A program made the translations under genes and the position numbers. A stretch of DNA of 64,000 nt from Azolla caroliniana. Lineage: Eukaryota > Plantae > Polypodiophyta. Where the stretch lies: the NCBI GenBank assembly GCA_043228905.1, contig JBHGNT010000016.1, positions 2,418,001-2,482,000 on the forward strand. The letters are read 5' to 3'. This document shows, piece by piece, positions 62,362 through 64,000 of the stretch (position 1 is its first letter; each line of letters opens with the position of its first letter). A model generated the notes under the pieces. That model was not told the origin of the DNA, made no database searches, and was given only the letters and a program-made list of their open reading frames with translations.

Positions 62362-63191
62362 GAAATCTACTTGATGGTGGTGGTGATGGTGAAATGAAGG
62401 AATTAGGGTTTTGCAGGGAATTTTGAATGTAGGGTTGAAACTGGAAGTCAAGAAGAAAATTGATTAGGAGCTTTGGAAATTTCTTTTTTGTGAGTTAAGA
62501 CTTCAATTTTGTTTCAGTTTATTATGGACTGAATGTTTTCTTTTTATAAGGTTGCAAGACCTTTGACCCAGTCTTGGGTTTTTGGTTTTCTGGTGGGTCA
62601 AGTCAATATGCCAGCAGCTTTAGTACTTGTAAAAGGTAAGGTTGGCAGTAATAGTCAAAGGAAAATCAAAGCAATAAAATGCCCCCCCACCCCATTTAAA
62701 TTTCTTTGATAAAAAAGCTTTCTACTCTTGGACATTCTAGGTGGTTGTCCATCTTTAACCACATACTCAGTGTATCAGAAAAGCTTTCGTACACTTTCAC
62801 TATTCAATCCCTTTCTTGCAAGCAAGTGGCCATTCTAGGTGGCCGTCCATCTTTAGCTAGTCAGTGTATCAAAAAAGCTTTCGTACACTTTCACAATTCA
62901 ATCCCTTCCTTGCAAGCAAGTGGCCATCATTGGAGTTTGTCTGGTGAAAATTTATGACCTCCGATATTCTCACATCTATGACTTTCACTGTCCTTCTCTC
63001 TTTTTCTTTCTTCTTCTTTTGTAATCGTAATTAGACTACCGTAGTAGGAAGTTGGTACACTATTAGCACTAAGTCTTGGGTTCGAAGCCTAATTGTCTTA
63101 CCTCTCTATTACTCTATACATATCTCTTAATATATCTTAATTTACTAGATGCCACTCTGGAATGTAGGGTGGTTTGAACCCATGACCACCT

Positions 63192-63246
<55 letters not shown>

Positions 63247-64000
63247 CCATGGCCCCACCAAATGTAGTGTCCACTTTCTTACCTTGATATTCATTCTAAA
63301 GCTCAAACCTTATCCCCACCACTGTGTGTGTGTATATATATAGAGAGAGAGAGTGCATGTGGAAAATCATTAGTACGTTGGTTAATCTTCACTCCAATCT
63401 TATTCCCAATTGTTATATGTATGTATAGTGCATGATGAAGATAAATAGGATGGTTAATCTGAGCTCAAATCTTATCCCCAAATTGTTATTTGTACATATG
63501 TATACTAGAGATGGGGATCAATAAATTGTCAAACGTAAAGTAGAAAACAAAGCCTTTCTATTGTTGAACTAGACTAATGAAGCACAATAAATAAATAATA
63601 AAAAGAAAATCGTTAAAGTGATTAGAGAAAGTGCACCCTCCAACATTTAATGCTACTCCACGTGATTAAAATCTCATCTCATCTCTCTCTCTCTCTCTTT
63701 CTCATTCCATGTTCAAATGTCATAGTTTCATGTCCATGCATTGGGAAAATAGGTGGAATGTATTTTATGAGCGTTGACCATAAGCCCATAAAAATAGTTT
63801 ATTATATGTTTGAATATCACGTCAATGTTGATGGGAGGTGAGGTTGTCACTATTCAATGTTATGGTGGTCCAATTTTGGTCTTACCCGAATGGAACAAGT
63901 TTGGGGTGGCACTATCTCAATGCATGGAATGAAATAGATGAATGTTATCATGTAGACAATGAGGGATAAAATCGTCAACATCCTTATATCTTGTCATGCA

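Noticed and set aside
61606-62451. Single-exon 281-aa EF-hand ORF
   Set aside because: It reads through a strong donor at 61848. The spliced model gives in-phase exons and a CaaX end.

Overview
Eukaryotic land-plant genomic DNA: spliceosomal introns, PLS-type PPR relic, (CT)n microsatellites. A fern-like origin is only a guess. Host genes are an HAESA/HSL-like LRR receptor kinase (+), a 7-exon DnaJ-domain gene (-) and a 3-exon EF-hand/ZZ-finger/CaaX gene (-), plus a PPR pseudogene and an intronless ATX1/CCH retrocopy split by a solo LTR. The centre (about 20.3-55.9 kb) is a four-level nest, and the three inner junctions have visible TSDs: RTEX-like LINE > 9.06-kb TIR DNA transposon (36-bp TIRs, 4-bp TSD TATC) > Athila-like LTR element > intact chromovirus. 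Main finding: with the nested LTR elements removed, the DNA transposon carries a Sola-like DDD transposase head-to-head with a 6-exon gene for a ParB-like domain fused to a complete bacterial-type beta-class amino (N6A/N4C) DNA methyltransferase (DIPY ... FSGTGTT). Intron 1 of that gene holds five 25-bp palindromes at an exact 51-bp period. All family assignments come from motif recognition by eye; no database search was run.
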